Made by a program: the position numbers and the translations under genes. From Parcubacteria group bacterium GW2011_GWC1_36_108 (GTDB lineage: Bacteria > Patescibacteriota > Minisyncoccia > Moranbacterales > GWC2-37-73): a stretch of 64,000 nucleotides of DNA. Position 1 is the stretch's first letter, and every line of letters begins with the position of its first letter. Of the stretch, positions 28,207 to 37,004 are shown piece after piece. The notes beneath the pieces are model-generated. The model had not been told where the DNA came from. It saw only the letters and a program-made list of their open reading frames with translations, and did not search any database. Where the stretch lies: the NCBI GenBank assembly GCA_000991245.1, contig LBRD01000002.1:108141-172140 (forward strand). Direction: 5' to 3'.

Positions 28207-28240
28207 AAACCTGGTGTCCTAACCACTAGACGATGGCGCC
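28166..28240 (-). tRNA. tRNA-Glu (anticodon TTC) with encoded CCA and G1-U72 wobble
   Basis: GGCGCCATCGTCTAGTGGTTAGGACACCAGGTTTTCATCCTGGTAACAGGGGTCCGATTCCCCTTGGCGCTACCA. Confidence 0.85.
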
Positions 28241-28341
28241 ATATGTAAAATTTCAATAACACAGTAACAGTGGACAGTTTAACATAAAGAAAAAAATAAA
28301 TCAATAGTTGAGTTATTTCTTGTATACGATATAATATAGAA

Positions 28342-28947
28342 ATGGAAGAAGCAGGACAACACATTTTTGAATTTTTGAGACAGTATGGCTATTGGGCGAT
28401 GCTGCCTTTAATGATTATTGAAGGACCGGTTGTAACAATCATCGCAGCTATGCTGGCTTCATTGGGAGCTTTCGCTTGGCCGGTGGTTTTATTGTTTTCA
28501 ATTTTAGGGGATATTATTGGCGATGTGCTTTTGTATGGAGCGGGATATAAATGGGGAATGGGCTTTACAAGCGGTTTTGGTAAATATATGGGAATCACTG
28601 AAACATTGGTTTTAAAAATGGAAAAATATTTTGAAAAACATGGCGGCAAGACTATTTTTGCTGTAAAATCTACGACTGGACTTTGCTGGGCAACCTTTGC
28701 AGCAGCCGGAATTGTGAAAATGGATTTCAAAAAATTTGTGAAATACTCAGTTCTTGGCGGCTTTGTTTGGAGCGGAACCTTGGTTGCAATGGGATATTTC
28801 TATGGTTATTTGTGGAAAGAAATGAAACAATATATCAGCTGGATTGGCTGGATCATTGCTGCTGTGGCAATCGTTTCGTATGTTGGCATAACTTTGTATA
28901 AAAATCTCCAAGCCAAAAAACTTCTAAAAGAGAATGATAATGCTTAG
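28342..28947 (+). CDS. DedA / SNARE-associated (VTT domain) family membrane protein
   Basis: 201 aa, polytopic, DedA-like N-terminal pattern YGYWAMLPLMIIEGPVV. Confidence 0.7.
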   Translation: MEEAGQHIFEFLRQYGYWAMLPLMIIEGPVVTIIAAMLASLGAFAWPVVLLFSILGDIIGDVLLYGAGYKWGMGFTSGFGKYMGITETLVLKMEKYFEKHGGKTIFAVKSTTGLCWATFAAAGIVKMDFKKFVKYSVLGGFVWSGTLVAMGYFYGYLWKEMKQYISWIGWIIAAVAIVSYVGITLYKNLQAKKLLKENDNA

Positions 28948-29016
28948 ATAAAATTGAAAAAAGCCGTCCCTAATTTGGGGCGGCTTTTGTTTTGCCAATT
29001 TGTTTGGCAAAATATT

Positions 29017-29880
29017 CTATTTGATTAGATTGAAAATAAATTTGTCTATTTCTTTGGCAGTCAGGTCGCTGCCGTGCATTGTTGTGTTGTGCCATAGCGG
29101 CAGGGGCACATAAATAATGCCATCGCAGTCAAGTGCGTGCCTGAATAGGGAATCTTTTTCCCCATAAATGCATTGCACCATCTTAATGTTCAGAACCTTT
29201 TTTAGCGATGTTAATGCTTTGTCATCACACAGTTTTTCCCACTCACATAAGCGTTGTTTTATACGATCAGATGTAAATGGAGATTTTTCTTTAGGCAGAA
29301 ATTTTTCGAGGACTTCCCATTTGGGATTTCCGGAAAATGCCCATTTATGACCAATTCCATTGGCGATAAATTTCAGACCAAGTTCCAACATTGATCTTTT
29401 TTGAAAACCTATGGGATCAAGAAGTGTTAAGCTTGATATTGTTCGAGGGCTCATAACGGCAAGTTCTGTGATTACGGCAGCGCCCATTGAATGTCCAATC
29501 CAATGAATGTTCCTACCTGGAAGCACTTTGTTTGCCCAGATATGAAGTGCAACAGCATCCCTTTTGAAATTATTTCTGGCGAGCATAGGAGGGTTGTTTG
29601 AGTTCCCATACCCTAACAGCGAAACCATTGTGACTTGGTAACCAAGTTTCACAAGTTCGTAGCCAAGAAGAGAACTGCCAGTCCAACCAGATCCAAATCC
29701 GCAGACTAACACGATTACATCAATAAATGAAATAGGGTCACCATTGCTTATAGTGCAGTAGTTCATTAGGTAAGAATTTAAATTTATTGGTATTTTGACG
29801 TGCTCACTTTTTTGTAGTTGCGGTCCAATAACTTCATTTATGAATCGTTGCTCATCTTGTGAAAGTTCTTTTTTAGCCAT
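29017..29880 (-). CDS. Alpha/beta hydrolase (lipase/esterase type)
   Basis: Nucleophile elbow IGHSMGAAV (GHSMG); 287 aa. Confidence 0.7.
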   Translation of the reverse strand: MAKKELSQDEQRFINEVIGPQLQKSEHVKIPINLNSYLMNYCTISNGDPISFIDVIVLVCGFGSGWTGSSLLGYELVKLGYQVTMVSLLGYGNSNNPPMLARNNFKRDAVALHIWANKVLPGRNIHWIGHSMGAAVITELAVMSPRTISSLTLLDPIGFQKRSMLELGLKFIANGIGHKWAFSGNPKWEVLEKFLPKEKSPFTSDRIKQRLCEWEKLCDDKALTSLKKVLNIKMVQCIYGEKDSLFRHALDCDGIIYVPLPLWHNTTMHGSDLTAKEIDKFIFNLIK

Positions 29881-30015
29881 GGCAGGCCTCCTCGTAGATA
29901 TTTTTTGAGATATTCAATTGTTAATGAATATAAAAGTATACTGTAAATGTAGAAAATGTCAAGGTTTTTTCTTGCAAAAAGGGTGTAAAAGAGGTAGGCT
30001 TAGTCATAGAAATAT

Positions 30016-30858
30016 ATGGTAAAAAAGCTTGTAAAATTTGCAGAAAAAGCTCTTGGAAAGGCAAAAAACATTCTCTTTGCTGACCCGAAGCTTTTATATG
30101 AAGAAGAGCGGAATCTTGTGAATCAGCCGTTTTTTTTCATGGGTAGTAATGGCAAAGGAATTTTGCTTGTGCATGGTTGGACATCAACGCCATATGAAGT
30201 GCGAAGATTAGGAAAATATCTGAATGAAAACGGTTACACAGTCTTGGGGATTCAACTGACCGGGCATGGAACTGTACCAAAAGATTTGGAAGGCGTGACA
30301 AGGAAAGATTGGATTATGGATATTGAGAAGGGTTATGCGGAGTTAAAAAAAACTTGCGAAAAAGTTTACATCGGGGGAACTTCAATTGGTGCAAACTTGG
30401 CGATGGAGTTTGCCAAAAAAGAAAAAAATATTGCAGGACTGATATTGATGGCAACTCCATATAGATTGAGATATGAAGAGATTGTTGTGTCTTTTGCAAA
30501 AACATTAAAAATGTTTAAGAAATATCACAAAAAATATTATCCTCCGACTTTTGGTGTTTCAACTACCATTACAAGATTGATTTCATACCAGTCGTATCCT
30601 ATTTCTAGTTCGCTAGAAACTTTTTCTTTGATTAAAGATTCAAGAAAAAATCTGGAGCTGATAACTCAGCCTATTCTTATTATGCAATCAACGCATGATC
30701 ATATTGTTCAAAAAAATAGCTTGGAGAATATTTATAGAAAAGTTGGGTCTAAAATAAAAAAGAAAAAATATATTGAAAAAGCTTATCACACTTTTATTTC
30801 CGATATTAAAAACCAGCACGTATTCTTGGATATATTGGAGTTTCTTGATGCTAATTGA
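30016..30858 (+). CDS. Alpha/beta hydrolase / esterase
   Basis: GGTSIGANLA (G-x-S-x-G); 280 aa. Confidence 0.65.
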   Translation: MVKKLVKFAEKALGKAKNILFADPKLLYEEERNLVNQPFFFMGSNGKGILLVHGWTSTPYEVRRLGKYLNENGYTVLGIQLTGHGTVPKDLEGVTRKDWIMDIEKGYAELKKTCEKVYIGGTSIGANLAMEFAKKEKNIAGLILMATPYRLRYEEIVVSFAKTLKMFKKYHKKYYPPTFGVSTTITRLISYQSYPISSSLETFSLIKDSRKNLELITQPILIMQSTHDHIVQKNSLENIYRKVGSKIKKKKYIEKAYHTFISDIKNQHVFLDILEFLDAN

Positions 30859-31014
30859 ATTTAATGATGAATTAAGTTTTTATAATCTTAGCTTGTCCCA
30901 AATTTTTAATTTTTAATTTACAATTTTTAATCAAATCTAAATTTTTGAATTTTTAAATTAAAACATTGAAAATTCATTTCAAATTTCGAATTTCAAATTA
31001 AAAATTTTGGAAAT

Positions 31015-32181
31015 ATGCGCATAGCGATATTTACAAATAACTATCTCCCTAATCCTTTTGGAGTTTCGATGTCAATTGAAAGTTTTCGCAGGGAATTTGA
31101 AAAACTCGGTCACACGGTGTATATTTTTGCGCCTGAGTTTAAGGGTTATGTTGATGAAAATAAAAATGTTTTCAGATATCCCGCCTTGGATTTGAAATTT
31201 AAAAACATTCGCTTTCCAATTGCAATTTCATATTCATACCGCATTGATAGGATTTTATCCAAGCTGGAAATTGACGTCATTCATTCTCAACACCCAAATC
31301 TTTTGGGTTGGCAAGCAAAAAGATGGGCAAAGAAAAAAAATGTGCCGCTTGTTTTCACGTGGCACACATTGTATGACCAATACGCACACTTCGCACCCCT
31401 TGTTCCTAGAAGATTGGCAGCTTGGTGGACGATTAAAAACGCTGTGGGATATGCAAACGTTTCAGATCAAATCATTACACCAACACCCTCTGTCACTGAA
31501 ATAATCAGATCTTGGGGAGTTAAAAATAAAAAAATCGAGAGTATTCCTTCTGGCGTGGAAGAATCTGAGTTTGAAAATGCAGAAGGAATAGAGATTAGAA
31601 AAAAACTTGAAATTGCATCAGATGAAACAGTATTATTTTTCATTGGCAGAATAACAGCTGAAAAAAATCTTACTTTTCTGATGAATGCTGTTGCTAAAGT
31701 TTTGCTAAAAAATAAAAAAGTTAAATTTTTGGTTTGTGGCGGAGGCGATTATATTTCTGTGATGCAGAAAATTGCCTTGGAAAATGGAGTTTCTGATCAG
31801 GTTATTTTCACTGGATTAATTGCTAACAATGATCGTAAAAATTATTTTGCTGCAGCTGATATTTTTGTGCATGCTTCTAAGTCTGAAACACAGGGAATGA
31901 TTTTAACTGAAGCTATGTATATGGGTGTGCCTATTGTGGCAGTTAGCGCAACTGGAGTAAAAGACTTGATTACAAATCAAATTAATGGGCTGTTGGTTAA
32001 GGAAAATGAGGTTGATTTTGCGAATGCTGTTGAAAGATTAATAAATGATAATGATATTAGAAGAAAATTTTCGGAAAACGCTAAAAAAATAGCCAAGGAA
32101 AATTACACAGCCTCTATTTGTGCTAAAAAAATGTTGGAAGTTTATCAAAAAACAATAGAACAAAAAAATGATTCTAGGTAA
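31015..32181 (+). CDS. Glycosyltransferase family 4 (GT-B fold)
   Basis: C-terminal SKSETQGMILTEAMYMGVPIV (E-x7-E motif); 388 aa. Confidence 0.8.
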   Translation: MRIAIFTNNYLPNPFGVSMSIESFRREFEKLGHTVYIFAPEFKGYVDENKNVFRYPALDLKFKNIRFPIAISYSYRIDRILSKLEIDVIHSQHPNLLGWQAKRWAKKKNVPLVFTWHTLYDQYAHFAPLVPRRLAAWWTIKNAVGYANVSDQIITPTPSVTEIIRSWGVKNKKIESIPSGVEESEFENAEGIEIRKKLEIASDETVLFFIGRITAEKNLTFLMNAVAKVLLKNKKVKFLVCGGGDYISVMQKIALENGVSDQVIFTGLIANNDRKNYFAAADIFVHASKSETQGMILTEAMYMGVPIVAVSATGVKDLITNQINGLLVKENEVDFANAVERLINDNDIRRKFSENAKKIAKENYTASICAKKMLEVYQKTIEQKNDSR

Positions 32182-32716
32182 AAATTTTTATAAGCAGAAC
32201 ACTTTAGATGTTGCTAAGAAACTTTTGGGCTGCGTTTTGGTTCGCAAGATTGGAAAAAAAGAAATTCACGCGATAATTGTTGAAACTGAGGCATATGTTG
32301 GTGAGGATGATTTAGCCTCACACGCCTCTAAAGGCAGAATGCCAAGGACAGAATTGATGTATGGGGAGGCAGGGCATGCATATGTGTATATGATTTATGG
32401 AATGTACCATTGTTTTAATATTGTGACAGAAAGAAGGGATTTTCCAGCAGCAGTTTTGATCCGGGCGGTTGCTATCGACGGTGTGGAACATAAAAAAACC
32501 AATGGCCCAGGAAAACTTTGCAAATTTTTGGAAATCGATTGTAACCTTAATGGATGGGATGTGACAATGGGGGACAAATTATGGATTGAACGTGGCAAAA
32601 GGATTGTTAATGCGGAAATAATTAAAAACAAGAGAATTGGCATTGATTATGCCAAACACTGCAAAAATTATCTTTGGAGACTTACTCTCCCAGAATATGC
32701 TGGGAAGAAAAAGTAG
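32168..32716 (+). CDS. mpg: DNA-3-methyladenine glycosylase (Mpg/AAG family)
   Basis: IVETEAYVGEDDLASHASKGRMPRTELMYGEAGHAYVYMIYGMYHCFN matches the Mpg family. Confidence 0.8.
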   Translation: MILGKNFYKQNTLDVAKKLLGCVLVRKIGKKEIHAIIVETEAYVGEDDLASHASKGRMPRTELMYGEAGHAYVYMIYGMYHCFNIVTERRDFPAAVLIRAVAIDGVEHKKTNGPGKLCKFLEIDCNLNGWDVTMGDKLWIERGKRIVNAEIIKNKRIGIDYAKHCKNYLWRLTLPEYAGKKK

Positions 32717-32826
32717 CTTTCCTGTGTAGTAAGATGTGTGATAATTTAAAAAATTTTTAAAAGTATTGCGTTTCGGGTATTTTGTATTTATACATGATAC
32801 ATGCTACATGATACATGCTACATGCC

Positions 32827-33420
32827 ATGATTTACGAAGCAAAAAAGTTTGATCATCTGCTAGGCTTGGAGGGTTTTTCTGATGAACTGCTTAAAAATCA
32901 TTTCACTTTGTATGAAGGTTATGTAACAAATACAAACAAAGCGGTTGATGCAATTGTGAATCTTTTGGATCATGATAAAACTGGCACGCCAGAATATGCT
33001 GAGGTTATGCGCAGATTTGGTTGGGAATTTAATGGAATGCGCCTGCATGAACTGTATTTTGAAAACATGATGAAGGGTGGTTCGACTTTAGAGGCGGAAA
33101 GTGAACTTGGTAAAAAAATTATTAAGGAGTTTGGTTCACTTGAAAGATGGGAAAAACATTTTCGGGCAACAGGTGCAATGCGAGGAATTGGTTGGGTAGT
33201 GCTCTATCAAGATGATGTTACTGGCACGATGTATAACGTGTGGATAAATGAACATAACGAAGGACATTTGACTGGCGCAACTCCACTTTTAGTAATGGAT
33301 GTTTTCGAACACGCCTACATGATTCAATATGGCCTCAAAAAAGTTGATTACATCGAAGTATTTATGAAAAATATTTGTTGGCACGTTGTTTCCGCCAGGT
33401 TCGCGCAGGCGAATGCTTGA
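32827..33420 (+). CDS. Fe/Mn superoxide dismutase family protein (start uncertain; ORF track 32815)
   Basis: C-terminal DVFEHAYMIQYG (compare D-V-W-E-H-A-Y-Y); N-terminal region degenerate (NHFTLYEGYV). A tandem 14-mer repeat spans the annotated start. Confidence 0.6.
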   Translation: MIYEAKKFDHLLGLEGFSDELLKNHFTLYEGYVTNTNKAVDAIVNLLDHDKTGTPEYAEVMRRFGWEFNGMRLHELYFENMMKGGSTLEAESELGKKIIKEFGSLERWEKHFRATGAMRGIGWVVLYQDDVTGTMYNVWINEHNEGHLTGATPLLVMDVFEHAYMIQYGLKKVDYIEVFMKNICWHVVSARFAQANA

Positions 33421-33427
33421 TTTTTTT

Positions 33428-33545
33428 AATGTGTTCGATTCCCACTATTTCAATTATAATAAAACAAAACAAGGTCCCAAAAAGGACCTTGTTTTGTTTT
33501 ATTATGAGCCCCTTGTGCAACGATGTTCGAACTGGGTTTATGCAA
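33428..33545. repeat. Repeat module copy 1: degenerate tRNA-Gly T-loop copy (ttcgattcccactat) + 50-bp palindrome + 37-bp repeat B
   Basis: ttcgattcccactatttcaattATAATAAAACAAAACAAGGTCCcaaaaaGGACCTTGTTTTGTTTTATTATgagc, then cccttgtgcaacgatgttcgaactgggtttatg. Copy 2 of the module is at 36911-37004; copy 2 of repeat B is at 34813-34850. Confidence 0.65.
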
Positions 33546-33559
33546 AAGTGTTTACAATA

Positions 33560-33596
33560 ATAAAAAAACGGCTCTTCACTTTGCAGTGAAGAGCCT
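33560..33596 (-). terminator. Rho-independent terminator for the minus-strand islet genes
   Basis: ggctcttcact-ttgc-agtgaagagcc with a T-run on the minus strand. Confidence 0.65.
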
Positions 33597-33616
33597 AATT
33601 ACAGTTTACGGATCTA

Positions 33617-33856
33617 TTATTTATAGCCGTATTTTTTAAGAAAAGCATTTGAAGCCACTAAGGCAACAACAGCAATCCAGAACATTCTCCAGCTTATGGG
33701 TTGGATGAGATTTGAGAACCCGTCGTAAAGGCCACACATGAGCAATGTGCCCAAAACGAGTAACGACAGAACCATAACGGTGGCCGCGAGTAAAATTGAA
33801 ATTCTTTTCATTATGAGCACTCTCCTTTTTAACTGCCTTTTTGGTTTGTTATCCAC
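33617..33856 (-). CDS. Small membrane protein, hypothetical
   Basis: 79 aa, two TM segments. Confidence 0.4.
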   Translation of the reverse strand: MDNKPKRQLKRRVLIMKRISILLAATVMVLSLLVLGTLLMCGLYDGFSNLIQPISWRMFWIAVVALVASNAFLKKYGYK

Positions 33857-34671
33857 TCTTTCATTTCTATTATGAAATTCTTTCTTGCCCTGTAATAATC
33901 CTCGGGGTGTTTATTTTCTCCTTCCGCATTGAGAACTGATTCAATCTCCTCAATGTCAGCACAGGGAATCAAACCAGCTTCAAGCATATGGCGAAGATCA
34001 GTGAGGTCATAATTCCTCATTGATCGCAGCTTGTAGTAGGCTGTCTTGAGAGGACTTGCAACATTTAGTACACTACCTTGAAATTCTACAACTTCAGAAT
34101 AAAACCAATGTGCTGGCAATACTTTTTTGCCCCAACTTAATGGATTTCCAAGCTCGTTTCTTCTGATGATATGGACATTAATGAAGCTCAGTGACTTATC
34201 TTTTTGAATTAAGCCATTTTCATCAACGGCAATAATCCAGAAAAGGTAAGTGTCAGCCGTTGAAAATTCTTTCCAGTTAACTCTCTTCATGAACATTGTT
34301 TCTCGACTCTGAACTCCAAGCGTGACGAACAGTCCGTAACCTTTTCTCTCAATCCACTCTTGCAACTTTTCCAACTGAAACTCTTCTACTGCCAGATCAA
34401 GATCTCTGTGTTCTCCAATGAAATCACCTAGCAGAATGGAAACACTAAGACCGCCGTCAACTATCCAACTTAACCCAGAACAGTCAAAAAGTTTTTCCAA
34501 CTCGCATAACATTGTGATGATTTGAAGTTTTCTTTCCTTTGTTAAGACTACCCTGGTTCCATCTTCCAGGATTTTCTTTTTTTCAAAACCTCCCTGAAAA
34601 GGAAACGGTTGAAAAATATTATCCTTAGCGCAAAGCTTCTTTCCAGAAATCCTATTCAGTAAGTTTTTCAT
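33829..34671 (-). CDS. Nucleotidyltransferase, Lnu(A)/ANT(2'')-like fold (possible antibiotic nucleotidyltransferase)
   Basis: WIVDGGLSVSILLGDFIGEHRDLDLAVEE resembles the GG[WF]..D...G....HxD.D core of Lnu(A)/ANT(2'')-Ia; 280 aa. Confidence 0.55.
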   Translation of the reverse strand: MKNLLNRISGKKLCAKDNIFQPFPFQGGFEKKKILEDGTRVVLTKERKLQIITMLCELEKLFDCSGLSWIVDGGLSVSILLGDFIGEHRDLDLAVEEFQLEKLQEWIERKGYGLFVTLGVQSRETMFMKRVNWKEFSTADTYLFWIIAVDENGLIQKDKSLSFINVHIIRRNELGNPLSWGKKVLPAHWFYSEVVEFQGSVLNVASPLKTAYYKLRSMRNYDLTDLRHMLEAGLIPCADIEEIESVLNAEGENKHPEDYYRARKNFIIEMKEWITNQKGS

Positions 34672-34812
34672 ACATCCTCCCTTGTTGGTTTATTTAGTTT
34701 TAAAAGAATATATTAGTATATAGTAATAATATTAATTTGTCAAGATTATAAATAAATCATGAACATACCAAAAAACAGCTCAACAGAGCCGTTTTAAGTA
34801 AATTTGAGCCCC

Positions 34813-34850
34813 TTGTGCAATGACGTTCGAACTGGGTTTATGAGTCTGCT
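34813..34850. repeat. Repeat B copy 2 (cccttgtgcaatgacgttcgaactgggtttatg)
   Basis: About 90% identical to 33510-33545; direct orientation. Confidence 0.6.
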
Positions 34851-34862
34851 CGCCTTGATTAA

Positions 34863-36212
34863 CTAATTTTCCAATGTTTCATCATGAGAATCTAATTCTT
34901 CCAAATCTTTTTCGGATATACAAAGCTGTTCCAAAATCCAAATATGCCTGGAATTGCTTGGGTCATATTTTCCAACCGTAAATCGCTTAACTTCTTCAGG
35001 GTTATTTTTTATGACATTCCACACTCCGACATTTCCCTCTCTGTATACAATATCTCTTGTTAAGCAAGATCCTGGAGTGTCACAGGTGGTTCCACGAAAC
35101 GTTCTGACACAACGATTCCATGCTGTATTCTCTGCATATGTTTTAGCTTCGGATTCCTCTTTCTTAGAATTTATAAAATAGTAATCTTTCAATATTTCGT
35201 AAACTTCTCTAAAATTTCTTTTCCTTCCATCCATACCGAGAGCAAGAGATATGGCAAGATGCCCTTCAAGTCCAGCAAATTCATTCGCTCCTTCAATTTT
35301 TTGTTCTTCATATGTGGCAATGCCTTCTTCTCCCTTCAAATAACGATCTAATCCCAATCCTAATAGTTTTAATTTCGATCTTTCTCCATTTTCACGCCTA
35401 AGCACATGCGTTCCAATTTCGTGTTCAATTAGTGCAGTTAATTTTTTTTCACTCATTTTTCTATCCGTTGGAATATTGACAGTTTTATTTTCCTGGCTGA
35501 CTCCAATGGCTGTGAAATTATCGCCAATTAGAACCTCCCATCCTGATAATTTATATCTTTCCAGTGCACCTTCAAATGCATTTTTTATTTCTTCAGCCTC
35601 AAATTCAGTTTTTGGAAAATTGCCAGCCTCTGAACTTTCTTTCATGAAATCCCTTAATTCTGCAATATCTGAAGATGTGCTTTCAAAATAATCACCCAAC
35701 TCATTAAGAAGTCTTTGCGCGGAAATACGAATATTTTCATTTGGATCTTTTATTTTTTTATTTATAGTTTTCCTTATTTGATTCATAGTATAATCAAATA
35801 TTTCCTTCTCTGGTTGTCCATAAATAAATTTACTATAGCGAAGAAATCTTCTGTCATTTTCAGATTTTGTTTCCTTAAGCATTCTAAGTTCTGCAATTTT
35901 TGCATTAATTTTCCAGCGATAAGCTTGCTTCACAGTTTCATTGCTCTCTTGATCCAGAATATCTTTTTTAAGTTGTAACAAGTCTTGTTCCCTCTGATTA
36001 ATATTTATTTTTTCAAGATCGGGATAATCCAAAATAGGATTTTCACATTCACCCGAAATAAAAAGTTTCTTTTGATTATCTCTCAATCCTTTTTCTCCAC
36101 CCAGATATTCATAATCTTCAAAAGACCCGCAAGCACTAAATCTATCAAACCACTTATCATCCAAAGCCTCCCTTTTTTCTGCGATCACTGGCTGTTCAAA
36201 TTCAAATGACAT
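34863..36212 (-). CDS. DUF1704-like protein (HExxH metallopeptidase-like, QEGLA-type motif)
   Basis: LIEHEIGTHVLRRENG and GEEGIATYEE (QEGLA-like); 449 aa. Confidence 0.5.
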   Translation of the reverse strand: MSFEFEQPVIAEKREALDDKWFDRFSACGSFEDYEYLGGEKGLRDNQKKLFISGECENPILDYPDLEKININQREQDLLQLKKDILDQESNETVKQAYRWKINAKIAELRMLKETKSENDRRFLRYSKFIYGQPEKEIFDYTMNQIRKTINKKIKDPNENIRISAQRLLNELGDYFESTSSDIAELRDFMKESSEAGNFPKTEFEAEEIKNAFEGALERYKLSGWEVLIGDNFTAIGVSQENKTVNIPTDRKMSEKKLTALIEHEIGTHVLRRENGERSKLKLLGLGLDRYLKGEEGIATYEEQKIEGANEFAGLEGHLAISLALGMDGRKRNFREVYEILKDYYFINSKKEESEAKTYAENTAWNRCVRTFRGTTCDTPGSCLTRDIVYREGNVGVWNVIKNNPEEVKRFTVGKYDPSNSRHIWILEQLCISEKDLEELDSHDETLEN

Positions 36213-36258
36213 AAATTTTATTTATCAATTTATATGTAAAGTATAGCATAAACCTAAT

Positions 36259-36747
36259 TTATATAGTTTGCTTTTCAATAAATTTTTTAACAGCGATTAT
36301 ATCAATAAAATCTTCTTCTCTTGGGGATTTGCTTTTATATCTAATTAGATCTTTAGGTTTAATAACGGGAATAATAATTCCAAACACATCTATTAGATTA
36401 TATCTTAAAAAATTTGTTGAATCCTTGATCCAGACATTCTTTTTTCTATTGTATGTTTTTGCAAAAGTTCCGCCACCTATATCAATTTTTTGACCATAAT
36501 AATCTAGTCGGAGAAGCGTTAAATCAAAAACATCATCAATATAATGTTCTGGACCGAAGACAATAAATTCTTTAACATCGGAAATTATTTCTTTTAATTT
36601 ATCATCAGGGATGTCAAAATCAATATCACGAAGTTTCCTAGGGGAGCCGTAAAGTTTAGCCGAAAACCCACCTGCTAAAATAAAGGGGATTTCGTGCTTT
36701 TTAAAAATATTAACTATCCATCGAAATGCTTTTTCTGTTTTATTCAT
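36259..36747 (-). CDS. Nucleotidyltransferase, Lnu(A)/ANT(2'')-like (162 aa)
   Basis: IPFILAGGFSAKLYGSPRKLRDIDFDIPDD; Lnu(A)-like size and motif. Confidence 0.55.
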   Translation of the reverse strand: MNKTEKAFRWIVNIFKKHEIPFILAGGFSAKLYGSPRKLRDIDFDIPDDKLKEIISDVKEFIVFGPEHYIDDVFDLTLLRLDYYGQKIDIGGGTFAKTYNRKKNVWIKDSTNFLRYNLIDVFGIIIPVIKPKDLIRYKSKSPREEDFIDIIAVKKFIEKQTI

Positions 36748-36795
36748 ACGGAACTCTCAAAAAGATGGTATTTTTATGTATAAATTATACCATAG

Positions 36796-36815
36796 TTCGA
36801 TTCCCCCTACCCGCA
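36796..36815 (+). repeat. Inverted 20-nt copy of the tRNA-Gly 3' end (positions 53-72)
   Basis: GTTCGATTCCCCCTACCCGC on the + strand equals the sense sequence of minus-strand tRNA-Gly (37006-37025); followed by hairpins. Confidence 0.65.
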
Positions 36816-36894
36816 AAAATGAGAGGGGGAATCCTTCTCACCCAAACTTTCTCGCGAGTACGCAGAGAAAGTTTTCCTTCGAAGCCCGGGTTTT

Positions 36895-36921
36895 CAAAAA
36901 AGCAAAATCGTTTGCTTTTTT
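36895..36921 (+). terminator. Hairpin terminator (aaaaaagcaaa-atcg-tttgctttttt)
   Basis: Stem-loop plus T-run. Confidence 0.55.
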
Positions 36922-37004
36922 GAAATACCCTTCGATTCCCACTATATTCAATTATAATAAAATAAAACAAGGTCCTTTGAGGGACCTTGTTTTATTTTAT
37001 TATG
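36911..37004. repeat. Repeat module copy 2 (ttcgattcccactat + 50-bp palindrome) abutting the tRNA-Gly 3' end
   Basis: ttcgattcccactatattcaattATAATAAAATAAAACAAGGTCCtttgagGGACCTTGTTTTATTTTATTATgagc. Confidence 0.65.

Noticed and set aside
32815-33420. Considered flagging the SOD-family protein as catalytically inactive (degenerate N-terminal HHxKHH metal-ligand block)
   Set aside because: Alignment by eye is off by one residue either way around the first ligand His, and the C-terminal D-x-x-E-H ligands are intact. It cannot be decided without a proper alignment.
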